Origin: Mantamonas sphyraenae STR306 | Taxonomy: Eukaryota; Protista; CRuMs | Reading direction: 5' to 3' | Assembly (NCBI GenBank): GCA_026936335.1 | Contig: JAPMXV010000044.1 | Coordinates: 310,001-374,000 of the forward strand | Length of the DNA: 64,000 nucleotides | In this document: positions 1-10,553 of the stretch, piece after piece | Numbering within the stretch: position 1 is the stretch's first letter | Layout: every line of letters starts with the position of its first letter | The notes under the pieces: model-generated | Database searches by the model: none | What the model was told of the DNA's origin: nothing | Seen by the model: only the letters and a program-made list of their open reading frames with translations | Position numbers and translations under genes: made by a program

Positions 1-203
1 GTCTGGAAGCGCCCGGAAATACGTAAAACTCTCCGGATCCCGCCGTTCAAACAAATCCCGCTCCAGCAACTCACCCAAGCGACACGCATGGCAGAAACAC
101 TCTGCTCCATTTTGACATTCAAGCATGGGCCCATCATTGTTTTTCAGAACCCGTTTGCATTCTCCTTGCCACGACCCGCGCATTGGCACCTCCCAACACT
201 TCA

Positions 204-3200
204 TCACTTCTTCCTCCCAGAAGCCTGCATGCGCACACTGCGCGTGGTCAAAGGCGCTTGTGGCTGTGGTGACACCCCACGCCTGTCTTCCTTCTTCTCC
301 CTCTGTTCCCGCTGTTGCTGCTGGTGCATGGCAAGGCCGCGTTCAATCTCCCCTCCGCTCAAGGCAGGCAGGGAAAACACAGAAGGCGGCTGGCCGTAGC
401 GCACACTCATCTCGCTGTTGCTTGGGTTCCAATAGTTGCGTGCCTTTGCGTGGAAGCGCACTGCGTTTGGCATGCGGCGAGGAAGAAACACAGCTGGCAG
501 CATCACCTCTGTCTCTTCCATGCTCACGTGGTTTACGTGACGTACGCCTCCACTGCTTCGTTCCACATGATCCTCGTCCAACTTGACCAACGCCTGTGTG
601 CGCGTCTGCGCCTCCTTGCGCAGCCGCTCCCGCTTTTGCTCCCACATCCGCGACAGCTCCTTCTTCGACTGCAGCCGCTGCAACGACTCGCCCTCCTCGC
701 CCTCATCCAGCACAAACGAAGTCAACGCGTCCTTGCGCAGGGTGCCCGTCTTGTTGAACAGCCCCTTGAGCTGTGTGGGCACATCGCCGCCGCTTTCCAG
801 ACGCTCCATTGCCGTGCGCAACAGTTTTTCCGTGTTCCGCAGCTTCTGATCGTACTTGATCTTCAGCAGCTCCATCTGCTTGCCGTGCACCACACTCATC
901 TCCAACACCTCCTTCCACGAATAAAACTCTCGCGACGGAATCGTCACAAACTTGGTCTCCGAGAACGGTTTCAGAATCACTGGCGTCATGTGAGGGTAAA
1001 ACTCCGTGTTGAACACCGCCAATCGTCCGTAAAAGTGCGGTTCCGCCGCCACTCCCGACCCTGCCGTTGCCGTGCTCGCCCTGCTTGCCGCTCGGCTTGC
1101 CGCACGTCGTCGTCTTTCCCGTGCGCGTGACCGTGTGTTGCGACCCGCCCCACCACGTCTCTCGTCATCGTAGTCATCGTCATCCAGCATCTCTTCCTCC
1201 AGATTTTCCTCTTCCTCCTCCTCCTCCCCGTCCCCGTGGTACATCTCATCTTCCTCTGCACGCTCTCGTTCACGCCTCCTTCGCCTCCTACGCCTCCTTC
1301 GTCTGCGCCTGGCCTCCTCCTCCTCTTCATCATCATCATCATCATCATTCTCGCGCCCCTGCTCACCTTTGCCCTCTGCTCCCTTTCGCCGCTTCCTGTG
1401 GTGTCGTCCATGGTGATGCCTGCGGTGATGCTTGTGCCTGCGGCGTCGTCCCTCCTCCTCTTCCTCGTCCTCCTGTTCGTCTCCCGCCTCACCGTGCTGC
1501 TCCTCTGCCCCTTGGACGTACTCACGCACGTGTTCCGCCTGCAACTCGGGCATCTGCCCTCGCAACACCGGTTCCGGCGATCGGCCAGAGTCGCGTCGCC
1601 ACACACCACCTCCCACTCCCCCACGCGCATGCTGCTCACGCTCCTCCGCACTGCCCACACTCGATGCATGCCGCAGGCCGTCGAAAAATTCGGGTGTCTC
1701 ACGTCGGATGCCACTTCCAGGCAGCGACTCCACCGATCCACCCGATCCTTGCAGCTGGAGCCGCGATTGGAATCCCACCGTGCTCGATTGGACCACACTC
1801 ACGTTGGACGGTGTCACCGCACGTGCAGGCATGCCACTTGCACCCAGCTGACCACCGCCACCGCCGCCGCTGCTGCCCATGCCACGTCTCTCCACCTTGT
1901 ACTTCAACACCTGGATGTCCAACTGCGCTTGCTTCAGCTGCTTGGCCAGTTCATGCGACTGCACTTCCATCGCTTCACTCTCCTCCCGGCTGCTCTCCGC
2001 CTTGGCCTCTGCTTGTGCCGTGCGCACCTCCTCTTCCGCCTTGGCAGCCTTGTACTGCGCCTCCAGCTTGGCCACCACTCCTTGCGACTCTTCCAGCTCT
2101 TTGATCAGGGCTTCCACCTGTGCGTCGGGCGTCGTGCTTGCCTTGTTTGCTGCCAGTGCACTCTGCAGGCTACCAATCTCCGCCTGGGCTGCCGCAAGCT
2201 TAGTCTCCAGTTCCTCTTGCTTCGGTGTCTCCACGAGCACCACAGTGGCACGCTGCCCCGCCGACCCACCACCACCTCCTGTTTGTCCTCGACTCGTGTC
2301 CACCCTCCTTGGTGTCCCACGCGTGGACGCCGTCTCGCCGCTGCCCGGTCCCTCCTTCTTCTTCTCCTTGCGCTTGCTCTGGCCCTCTTTCTCGCTGTAC
2401 GACGAATATGACGAGTACGACGAGTACGATGCGTACGACGACGATGACGATGCTGACGATACCGACGATCCGTAAGATCCAGATGACTCTGCCCCGGACG
2501 AGACTCGGTCGCCTCCTTCATCCACCCCATCCTCCGAATAGTACATGTCAATCTCCGTGTCCAATGGCGTGCGTGACCCTCCTTGACGCCTTGATCCGTG
2601 TGCGGTACGTCGTCGTCGTCGCCGCTTGCTTCGTTGTTGATGTCGTCGTCGTCGCTGATGCCCGCTGCCCGTACTTCCTGCTGACGCCGTCTGTCGTCGC
2701 ATGCGACTGCGTTCTGCGCCGCCGTGGAAGCCCGTGTCACTGCTCCACGATGTCTCTGACGAGGCGTTGCCCGTTGTTGCACCGCCTCCCCACAGCCCGT
2801 CGTCATCCTCGTCCATACGCATCACTGCGTCGCTGTCCTCTTCCTCATCGTCATCGTCATCCATCTTCCAGCTGCGCGACGATTTCATCGCCCGCTTCGC
2901 TCGCACCGTAGCACGCTCGCGTAGCTTTTCACGCTCCTCCTTCACCAGCTTGGATCGCTGGTACGCAAGGTACTCCTCGGCGTCGCTGACGTCCAACATG
3001 CCCGAAGAGTCTGAATCCTCGTCCGACCCGCCGCCTGGCAGTCTGTCCAGCACGTAGCGTCGTGCGCCACCAGCACCACCACCGACGCTGCCGCTGCTGC
3101 CCACACGAACCAGAGTCGCCCCACCACCCGCCTGTTCCTCCTCCTCCACCGCCAACAACGCCGCCCTCGCCGCCGCTGGCACCTTGGATGCACCACCACC

Positions 3201-6200
3201 ACCGCCACCACCACCGTCGCGCAGACGTGCCGCCATGGATGGGTCGGCCAAAATGGCCTGCACCTGTTCGTTGGTTCTGTCCAGCATGGGCGCCGACGAG
3301 CTCATGCTTTGGATTTCCTCGTTGGTCAATTTGGACAGATCGACATTGGCCACAGCCGCCAACGATTCCCGCCTGTCCAACGCCAGATCCGTCAGCCTGC
3401 GCCCTCCCGAGCCACTGTTGAATCGGCGAGGTTTGCCCACATCCTCCTCATCCCGCTTCTGCTTCTGCTTCTGCTTCTGCTGCTCGTGTGCTTCTGGCTG
3501 TGATTGCGACGTGTGCAGCTCGTATGCATATCGCTTCTTCGGTGGCGGCACCACCATGTGGTAAAACTCGTTGAACTTGAGGTCGTGTTCCACCTGCCCC
3601 TGCGCCACCAGACGCTTATGTTTGCGTCGCAACAGCGTACGCAGCATTTCATCTTCCTGCTCCTCCTGTGCCACCCCGAGCCTTTCCATCTCTTCCAGGG
3701 CATCCATCTGTGCTGCCACCCGTTTGTCCTCCTCGTTTCCGCCTGCGCCCCCACTCCTCTTGCCGTCTCCCGTGCCCGCCGTCTTTGTCGTCTCTCGACT
3801 CTGTGTGCCACTGCGTCGTCCCCCCAAAGGCGAAGCCTGTGATCCGTCACGACGCCCTCCTCGTCCACGACTGCGCCTCCCACTGCCGCCGCTGCTGCCT
3901 GTTGTTGTGCTTCGTCCTCCGCGTCGTGGACTGCCACGAGACGCGGTGGATCTGCCACCCGATCGCTGCCTCCTGTTGCTGCTGCCTCGACCACTGCCGC
4001 CACTGCCGCTGCCGACACCCTCGTTCTGTCCATCGTCGTTCTCATCGTCCATGTCGTCGCCGCCTGCTACGTCGCTGCTGCCCGACGGACTGTCTGCTTG
4101 CAGCACGTGATGGTCCACAACAGCAATCACCGGATCATTGTCTGCCTCTCCAGGGGCCAACGCTCGGTCCACCAGCGCCTGTGTGCCACGGAAAGGCACA
4201 TGCACGTCATCCAGCGGCTGGCGAAGGTATTCGATGTCCTCCTCCATCGCCTCCACACCCGTCTGTGCCAACGGATCACGCGTTTCTGCAGGCAGCCGGA
4301 TGCCCAGCCTCCTCGCGCTCTCCTCTGCCCTTGATCGATCTCCCGTCCCTTCCTGCTGCTGCTGTGCAGCCATTGCCTGCCGCACAGCCAATGCCTGTGC
4401 CTGTTCCACACGCTCGGCCTCGGCCAGGCGGCCCGCACTGCTCAGCCGCAACCTGTGCGGAGACATCTCCGCTCCGCGAGACGAGGCCGACGAATGAGGC
4501 CGTGCCGATTGCTCCAACCCCATGCCCATGACTTCGCCCAGAGAACCAAACACGCTGCCTGCGCCACTGCTGCTGGGTGTGGCACTGCCTGTGCGTGCGG
4601 GCATGGGCGACATGACGCGGTTGTGCACGTTGAGATTGTACCTGCGAAACATCTCCTCGATGCTGGGCCGCGGCTGCCCAAACGCACCCACGCTCCCTGT
4701 GGCCTGGTCCAACAGACGCGACGACCCGGCTGTGCTCACGTCGCGTGTACGTGCACGCATGGCATCCATGTCCAGCTCGGCCTGGTCGGCCCACCGTTCT
4801 GCCTCTGCGCCAAAACGCCACAACACCGTGTTTTCCGCCTTGAGGTTGGCAATGTGCATGCGCAGCGCCTCTTCGTGTTTGCTCTGTTGTGCCTTCAGCA
4901 TCAGCTTGTCGGCAAAGCGTTTCCAATGGTGCACGCGACGGTACGAACGCAACCGTGCCACCTCGTCGTCCGTCGTCTCGATGCGTCGCAGGGCAATGTC
5001 CACTTCCCTCACCCGGCGAGCATTCTCTTCACGCAGGGTCTTGAGGGTGCTCTCCGTTTCCGACAAGGGACGGGCCACCATCTTCACGTTGTCCATCAGC
5101 GCCATCAGAGGCACATACAGACGCGTTTTGCTGCGTGCAATCCGACTACTCATGATTGTCAGCGACGTCAGCACAGTCGGCGGCATCACATCCGTGTACT
5201 CCAGCAGTCGGTCCTTGAAATCCGTGTACCCACGCAGCGCATTCTCAAAGTTTACCATGCTCGTGGCAATCTCGTTGATCAAACTTTCCAGTTTCACAAT
5301 AGCCGCTTGTGTCTCACGCGCATTCTCTTCCTCCCGCTTCAGCAGCTCCTGTCGTTGCCGTTCCCGATCTCGTCGCACGCGCGCCCTCGTCTGCTTCGGG
5401 GTCAATCCGGGCGGCAGCGGCGCAGGCACAAACTCTCCCACGGCAGACACTCCCTCCTTCAGTTCCTGCGCTGCAAACTCCTCCTCCTGCACATGGTCCG
5501 CTCGTCTGCGTCGTCTGCGTCGTCGTGTCGACGATCCGCTCCCACCTGCCCCTGCTCCTCCTCCACCTCCTCGCCGTCCTCGTCGACTGCCCCCACCTGT
5601 CCCACGGCTGCTGCGTCCCCCATTGCGTCGTGTGCGTTGTCGTCCGCCCTGTCTGTTTCGTCCTTGTCCCTGGCTGCTTCTTCCGCTGCTACTGCTGCCC
5701 GCAGACGTGGGTTGGTCATCAGGATTCGTCCTCGGCTCGTCGTTCGCCGTCGTTTCTTCCGCATCTGATGGCCCAGTGGCACCCGTGTCTGTTTCTGTGT
5801 CTTGTTCTGTCTCATTCTCCTCTTCTGACGTGGTCATGGCTTCGTGGTCGCTGTCGTCGTATCGCAATCGCTCGCCAAACACCCGCCGACCGTTGCTCGC
5901 AGCCGCTGCTCGCTCACGCTCCTCCTCATCCTCACTCTCACTCTGCTCCGGCAGCTCATCCAACTCGTTGTGTTCATTCTCGTCCAGTTGCCAAAACTCC
6001 TGTGGCGTCAAGTTGTCCTGCGCTCCACCTGCGACCTGGCTGTTTGCAAACGAATCGCTCACCGTACCCAGCGTCGCCAGCGACATTAGATCCGCCACAG
6101 ACATTTGGCTGTCCAATCCACCCATCCCTCCGCCGCGCGACGCCGCAGAGAGATTCGATCCCCATCGTGTGCGTCCCACACGTCGTCGAGCAGACATCGA

Positions 6201-6254
6201 TGGGGATGGGAACGTGGCAAAAGAGAATGGTTTGCCTCGGGGCCCGTGTGCCAA
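204..6254 (-). CDS. Large (2016 aa) low-complexity/coiled-coil hypothetical protein
   Basis: Uninterrupted 6 kb ORF with host-like codon usage. It has coiled-coil segments, long acidic/Arg/Gly/Ser tracts and a more complex C-terminal ~280 aa. No family recognised. Confidence 0.75.
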   Translation of the reverse strand: MAHGPRGKPFSFATFPSPSMSARRRVGRTRWGSNLSAASRGGGMGGLDSQMSVADLMSLATLGTVSDSFANSQVAGGAQDNLTPQEFWQLDENEHNELDELPEQSESEDEEERERAAAASNGRRVFGERLRYDDSDHEAMTTSEEENETEQDTETDTGATGPSDAEETTANDEPRTNPDDQPTSAGSSSSGRSSQGQGRNRQGGRQRTRRNGGRSSRGTGGGSRRGRRGGGGGAGAGGSGSSTRRRRRRRRADHVQEEEFAAQELKEGVSAVGEFVPAPLPPGLTPKQTRARVRRDRERQRQELLKREEENARETQAAIVKLESLINEIATSMVNFENALRGYTDFKDRLLEYTDVMPPTVLTSLTIMSSRIARSKTRLYVPLMALMDNVKMVARPLSETESTLKTLREENARRVREVDIALRRIETTDDEVARLRSYRRVHHWKRFADKLMLKAQQSKHEEALRMHIANLKAENTVLWRFGAEAERWADQAELDMDAMRARTRDVSTAGSSRLLDQATGSVGAFGQPRPSIEEMFRRYNLNVHNRVMSPMPARTGSATPSSSGAGSVFGSLGEVMGMGLEQSARPHSSASSRGAEMSPHRLRLSSAGRLAEAERVEQAQALAVRQAMAAQQQQEGTGDRSRAEESARRLGIRLPAETRDPLAQTGVEAMEEDIEYLRQPLDDVHVPFRGTQALVDRALAPGEADNDPVIAVVDHHVLQADSPSGSSDVAGGDDMDDENDDGQNEGVGSGSGGSGRGSSNRRQRSGGRSTASRGSPRRGGRSTTTGSSGGSGRRSRGRGGRRDGSQASPLGGRRSGTQSRETTKTAGTGDGKRSGGAGGNEEDKRVAAQMDALEEMERLGVAQEEQEDEMLRTLLRRKHKRLVAQGQVEHDLKFNEFYHMVVPPPKKRYAYELHTSQSQPEAHEQQKQKQKQKRDEEDVGKPRRFNSGSGGRRLTDLALDRRESLAAVANVDLSKLTNEEIQSMSSSAPMLDRTNEQVQAILADPSMAARLRDGGGGGGGGASKVPAAARAALLAVEEEEQAGGGATLVRVGSSGSVGGGAGGARRYVLDRLPGGGSDEDSDSSGMLDVSDAEEYLAYQRSKLVKEEREKLRERATVRAKRAMKSSRSWKMDDDDDEEEDSDAVMRMDEDDDGLWGGGATTGNASSETSWSSDTGFHGGAERSRMRRQTASAGSTGSGHQRRRRHQQRSKRRRRRRTAHGSRRQGGSRTPLDTEIDMYYSEDGVDEGGDRVSSGAESSGSYGSSVSSASSSSSYASYSSYSSYSSYSEKEGQSKRKEKKKEGPGSGETASTRGTPRRVDTSRGQTGGGGGSAGQRATVVLVETPKQEELETKLAAAQAEIGSLQSALAANKASTTPDAQVEALIKELEESQGVVAKLEAQYKAAKAEEEVRTAQAEAKAESSREESEAMEVQSHELAKQLKQAQLDIQVLKYKVERRGMGSSGGGGGGQLGASGMPARAVTPSNVSVVQSSTVGFQSRLQLQGSGGSVESLPGSGIRRETPEFFDGLRHASSVGSAEEREQHARGGVGGGVWRRDSGRSPEPVLRGQMPELQAEHVREYVQGAEEQHGEAGDEQEDEEEEEGRRRRHKHHRRHHHGRHHRKRRKGAEGKGEQGRENDDDDDDEEEEEARRRRRRRRRRRRRERERAEEDEMYHGDGEEEEEEENLEEEMLDDDDYDDERRGGAGRNTRSRARERRRRAASRAASRASTATAGSGVAAEPHFYGRLAVFNTEFYPHMTPVILKPFSETKFVTIPSREFYSWKEVLEMSVVHGKQMELLKIKYDQKLRNTEKLLRTAMERLESGGDVPTQLKGLFNKTGTLRKDALTSFVLDEGEEGESLQRLQSKKELSRMWEQKRERLRKEAQTRTQALVKLDEDHVERSSGGVRHVNHVSMEETEVMLPAVFLPRRMPNAVRFHAKARNYWNPSNSEMSVRYGQPPSVFSLPALSGGEIERGLAMHQQQQREQREKKEDRRGVSPQPQAPLTTRSVRMQASGRKK

Positions 6255-6287
6255 ACCAACAAATCATTGGACCCCATATCAAAAACA

Positions 6288-7517
6288 ATGCAAGATCATC
6301 CATGGACACTGACTATGGTATTGTTCATGGCATGTGTGCTGACAACATGCATGGCAGACTCCCTGCCGGAAGAAACTGAGTTGGATGCTGACGGCGACGT
6401 TGCCGACGCACCCACCATCCCCACCACCATGCGGGGCATTGCTTGTCCGGGAGGCGTCGAGGCTGCCTGTGAGCCATCCGAACTGCGTGTTGTCGAAGGT
6501 TTGCAAGTGCCCTGGGGAGCCAACCAGCCAGACGGCGATTTCGTGCTTGTTCGTGTTGCCGCCTTTGGTCTCAACCGAGCAGACATCCTGCAACGAAAGG
6601 GCCTGTACCCTCCCCCCACATGGAGTCACACCCAGGGGCTGGGTCTTGAGCTGTCAGGAACCGTGGTGGCCCTAAGCGAGCAGGCAAAGAAGCGCAAGGA
6701 GTCACAGCGATGGAAGGTGGGTGCCAACGTCATGGCCCTGGTCATTGGAGGTGCCTATGCAGAGTATGCTGCCGTACCCATGGACCATCTCATGCCAGTG
6801 CCCACTGGCATGGCTTTGACAACCGCAGCGGGCATTCCCGAGACCTTTCTCACCGCCTACCAGGCGCTGTATGTCAACAGCAAGCTGGAGGACTGGGAGG
6901 CGTCAAGCACTGCGGCTGAGGTCAAACGTAACGTCATTGTGCATGCGTGCGGCTCCGGAGTGGGCACTGCCGCTCTGTCGATCATCAGCTACGTCCACAA
7001 GGTGAATGCACTGTCTTCAGAAGCAGTGGTGCTGGGCACGGCGTCCAAGGGCAAGGAAAGGCTGTGTCTGGAAGCTGGGGCCACCCACTTTATGGACCGC
7101 AAGACGCAGCCCCGGTTCGACGAGGAGATGATGCGCCTGACAAACGGCACCGGCGCAGACATTGTCATTGATTTCGTGGCCGGCCCCTACCTGCAACGCA
7201 ACATGGAGGCATTGGCACAGGATGGCATTGTGGTCATCCTGGGTGGACTGGGAGGGTGGAAGGTGGACGGGGCCACCGATCTGCGTCCGCTCTTTGCCAA
7301 GCGAGGCAGCATTGTCACGTCGAAGCTGCGCAACCGATCCGACGCACACAAGGCCAGGTTGGTGCAGGAGATGGTGGAGTTGCTGCACAGTGCGCTGGAC
7401 TCCCAGCAACTGGGCCCGGAGATTGAATCCGTTCTGCCCTGGACCCATGTTGGCGCCGCACATGCCAAGATGGAGGACAATGCCACCATGGGCAAGGTTG
7501 TGTTTCGTGTTGAATGA
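6288..7517 (+). CDS. NAD(P)H quinone oxidoreductase, PIG3/TP53I3-like (MDR family)
   Basis: Motifs GLNRADILQRKGLYPPP, GLELSG, GGAYAEY, AAGIPETFLTAYQAL, HACGSGVGTA and a C-terminal GKVV. Start placed at ATG 6288, beyond the divergent gene; the N-terminus is hydrophobic. Confidence 0.9.
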   Translation: MQDHPWTLTMVLFMACVLTTCMADSLPEETELDADGDVADAPTIPTTMRGIACPGGVEAACEPSELRVVEGLQVPWGANQPDGDFVLVRVAAFGLNRADILQRKGLYPPPTWSHTQGLGLELSGTVVALSEQAKKRKESQRWKVGANVMALVIGGAYAEYAAVPMDHLMPVPTGMALTTAAGIPETFLTAYQALYVNSKLEDWEASSTAAEVKRNVIVHACGSGVGTAALSIISYVHKVNALSSEAVVLGTASKGKERLCLEAGATHFMDRKTQPRFDEEMMRLTNGTGADIVIDFVAGPYLQRNMEALAQDGIVVILGGLGGWKVDGATDLRPLFAKRGSIVTSKLRNRSDAHKARLVQEMVELLHSALDSQQLGPEIESVLPWTHVGAAHAKMEDNATMGKVVFRVE

Positions 7518-7712
7518 TGTATGGGTTTTTCTTTTGAGCGCGCTTAGTAGTTGGGCGTATGATGGCGGGCAACAAAGACCCGTGTGTCCATGAGGTCTCC
7601 CACAAGTACATGGCTACGTGATATTGCTGCCCACAAAGTGCTTTCAACACCACCCAAGTCGTTCTCCTCTTTGGTCGTATCGAGGTTTCCACTGTGTTTC
7701 CTTCCTGAAGAC

Positions 7713-7763
7713 AAAGATGACCACAGAGACCTAGTAGACTAGTAGGTCTCCGTGGTCATCTTT
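7713..7763. repeat. 21-bp inverted repeat (1 mismatch) with a 9-nt loop, upstream of the transposase
   Basis: AAAGATGACCACAGAGACCTA (7713-7733) pairs with TAGGTCTCCGTGGTCATCTTT (7743-7763). Confidence 0.9.
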
Positions 7764-7869
7764 CTATGTCATCCATGTATCACTCCAACGTCCATACGCA
7801 TACGTATGTCTATGTGGCGCTTGTATCGTCTACCGCCCAGCGTCCCAAGCAAACGATTGCACGACGCCA

Positions 7870-8892
7870 ATGCCAGTTCAAACCAAATTGAATTCACTCG
7901 GTGGGATGTTCACACCCGGGCATCCCCTTCCATTGGAACTGCGTCAACGTATGGTGGACGACCACATTCAGAGCGGACGCTCCGCTGCAGCAACGGCTCG
8001 AATTTGGAAAGTTGCAGCCAGCACGGTACGCAAGTATGTCAAGCAGCTGCAGCGGCTGAACCACGTGGCACCCTTGCCCAGATCTGGAGGGCGTCCACGA
8101 CTGCTCACGTCAGCTGATGATGCATTCCTGAAGGATGAGCTTCGCTTGGACTGCACTCTGTTCCTCGATGAACTGCAGAGCCGTCTGTTCCAACAGCGCC
8201 ATGTGCATGCATCTCTTTCAACCATCTTTCGTGCCCTCAAGCGCATGAAATGGACGCGCAAGCAGTGTGCAGTTGTCCCACGCGAGCGCAGCCTTGCACA
8301 CGTGCGTCGTCGACGCCAGGAGTTTGAACGACTGATGCGGCACGACATCGACATGACAATGGCCAACATTGTGTTTCTGGACGAGAGTGCAGTGCAGAAT
8401 CGCACGTGCTGGAGGCGGTACGGCCGAGCACGAGCCGGCTGTGACGCCGTTGTCCACGCCTTGCAAGCACGCCAGTCACGGATCTCTCTGTTGGCAGCTA
8501 TCAATGCAAGGGCTCGCAATGGCATTGTGGCATTCGACATGCTCACCGGATCGTACTCACGTCGTGACTTTGTGCACTTTCTGCGCTTCAAACTGCTTCC
8601 ACGGATGCAAGCACAGGGCATGCGCATGCTGGTGATGGACAACTGTAGCATCCACAAGGGCAGTGAAGTACTATCACTGTGTTCGCTATTTGGCGTGCGT
8701 GTCGAGTTCTTGCCCGCGTACAGCCCACATTTGAATCCAATCGAATTTATGTTCAGCAAGCTCAAGGCCATGCTCAGGCGGCATTACGCACGAGTCGACG
8801 TGTGCACACCATTTGCCATCGAGCACTGTCTGCGAATGACTACGAATCGCGATGTGCGAGCGTGGGGACGCAACTGTGGGTACAGAGCGTGA
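7870..8892 (+). CDS. IS630/Tc1-mariner family DD34E transposase with paired-like N-terminal DNA-binding domain
   Basis: Catalytic motifs FLDES, VMDN and LPAYSPHLNPIE, with 34 residues between the 2nd D and E. GGRPR linker and second HTH (ASLSTIFRALKR). Intact 340 aa ORF. Confidence 0.93.
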   Translation: MPVQTKLNSLGGMFTPGHPLPLELRQRMVDDHIQSGRSAAATARIWKVAASTVRKYVKQLQRLNHVAPLPRSGGRPRLLTSADDAFLKDELRLDCTLFLDELQSRLFQQRHVHASLSTIFRALKRMKWTRKQCAVVPRERSLAHVRRRRQEFERLMRHDIDMTMANIVFLDESAVQNRTCWRRYGRARAGCDAVVHALQARQSRISLLAAINARARNGIVAFDMLTGSYSRRDFVHFLRFKLLPRMQAQGMRMLVMDNCSIHKGSEVLSLCSLFGVRVEFLPAYSPHLNPIEFMFSKLKAMLRRHYARVDVCTPFAIEHCLRMTTNRDVRAWGRNCGYRA

Positions 8893-9671
8893 TGATTATG
8901 GACTGGCTGCAGCCACTCCCTCCACATGGGGTATTAGAAAAATCCGTACTCACCATGAGTGAGGTCTTAGTGGGCCCGAAAGTGTGGAGGAGCGCTGTCG
9001 GCGGCACAATGGATGGTAACGATGCGTGGTCCCGCTGTAGCCGTTGCCATCGGCTCCGCTGTCCCCGGAGAACAAAGCTTCCTCGTTTGCGGCATCCCAC
9101 ACTGCGTGTTGATAATCCAGTCACCGCACAATCATATATTCCGTCTCCAAACTATGAGCTTGCTGTTGCGACCAGGCTCTCTCAACACTCAGGCGCGCGT
9201 TGGATGCTGTCCATGGCACCCCCGCACTGCCGATGGCACTTGACGCCGATGAGACGGCTGTCTCACTCAAACATCCAAACGGAGCGGAGGACGTGCACGC
9301 CGACCAACCAACTGGCACCACCGCACATACCCGACACACCTGCATTCAGCACCAATATGCGCCTCTTCTGCGCTTGTATTTGTTGAAGCAGGAGGAAGCA
9401 CAAAGCCGTGGCAAATCCGCCGGTGTCTCCTGTCCTACTCGCGTCCTCCCACTCTGATCACCCATGCGCCCCGGTGCTTTGTCACGCAACTGATCCCAGA
9501 CTATGAGGACGCGGATAAAGTGATGCTGTGGAGTTGTAGCCTTGGGTGACGCTCGTAGGTTGACATCAAGTCGACATGCGGATCTGGAGTCCAACAATCC
9601 GTGTTGGCCTCGATGACTTGTTTGCCAAGGCTGGGCGAAACTGTGGGTGATGTCGAGAAAATGAGGCACCC

Positions 9672-10300
9672 TTGTATGATGCGGTACGAGAAAGACACGC
9701 ACAAATGGCACTTCTCGTCGCTCGTGGGTCGTATGCCGCAGCCACGGCACGAACGCTAAAGATCCCGGAAAGCATTGTGCGCCCTGATGTGCTTGGGCTG
9801 AGCGCCCGTGTGTCGTACCATTCACCACATCGCAGCAGGCGACTGACGAGATGTGCCCCCACATCAAGCAGAGGCGCTTGGATGAGTATCTGTGCTGTGT
9901 GTGGAAGTACGTGTGCTGGGTGGGCGCTGATCAGGCGTCGGTGTGCAGCAGCAAGTGCACTTGGGCAGATTGAGTGAGCTACGGTGGCCCCTGGGGCCCG
10001 AGTCCGGGCCATGCAGGAGCGTGTGACCAGCAAACGGGGAGCAAAGGGTGCGCCGAAACCTGTGTGTGCACTCATTCAACTATGAATGCACGCTCTCTTT
10101 TTGTGTCATCACCGGGTGTATGCTTGAAAGGACCCGGTGGATGGTGCAAGTGGGAAAAGAGCGCAGGCACTGGTGCTACAATTCAAAGTTACCGAAGTAG
10201 TCCTTGAAAGACGAAAGCTATTCGCGCAAGGCACGCTACTGTACATTCCACCGATGTCGCGCCTACCACGCAGCTGTGCATTCCTCGTTCGACGCGCCGC
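9672..10300 (+). pseudogene. Possible degenerate remnant of a second Tc1/IS630-like transposase
   Basis: GSYAAATARTLKIPESIVR resembles GRSAAATARIWKVAASTVR of the intact transposase. TLLYIPPMS near 10235 resembles the LxLPxYSP motif. Frames are broken. Confidence 0.35.
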
Positions 10301-10553
10301 GACGGTGCTTGCAGGTGTTGGTCGATGGACGTAGACTTGTGGATTGTTTGTTGCTCGTTCCTCGTTCTCTTGAAGCACACAGAATTGACGCTGTGCTTGA
10401 GTGCAACACCTCTCTGGCGAAGGAATGTGCGGTTCGTCTGTAACATGCCGAAAAGGACGATGATGGGTTGCGTGCACGCATGCTCGCACACGCACACGCA
10501 CATTGCGCACTGCGGGCAAACCAAGGGGGCCTGACGCGTTGTGCTGTAGCACA

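Noticed and set aside
7520-9100. Canonical TA-flanked TIRs around the transposase alone
   Set aside because: No convincing inverted match found by eye between the upstream and downstream flanks.
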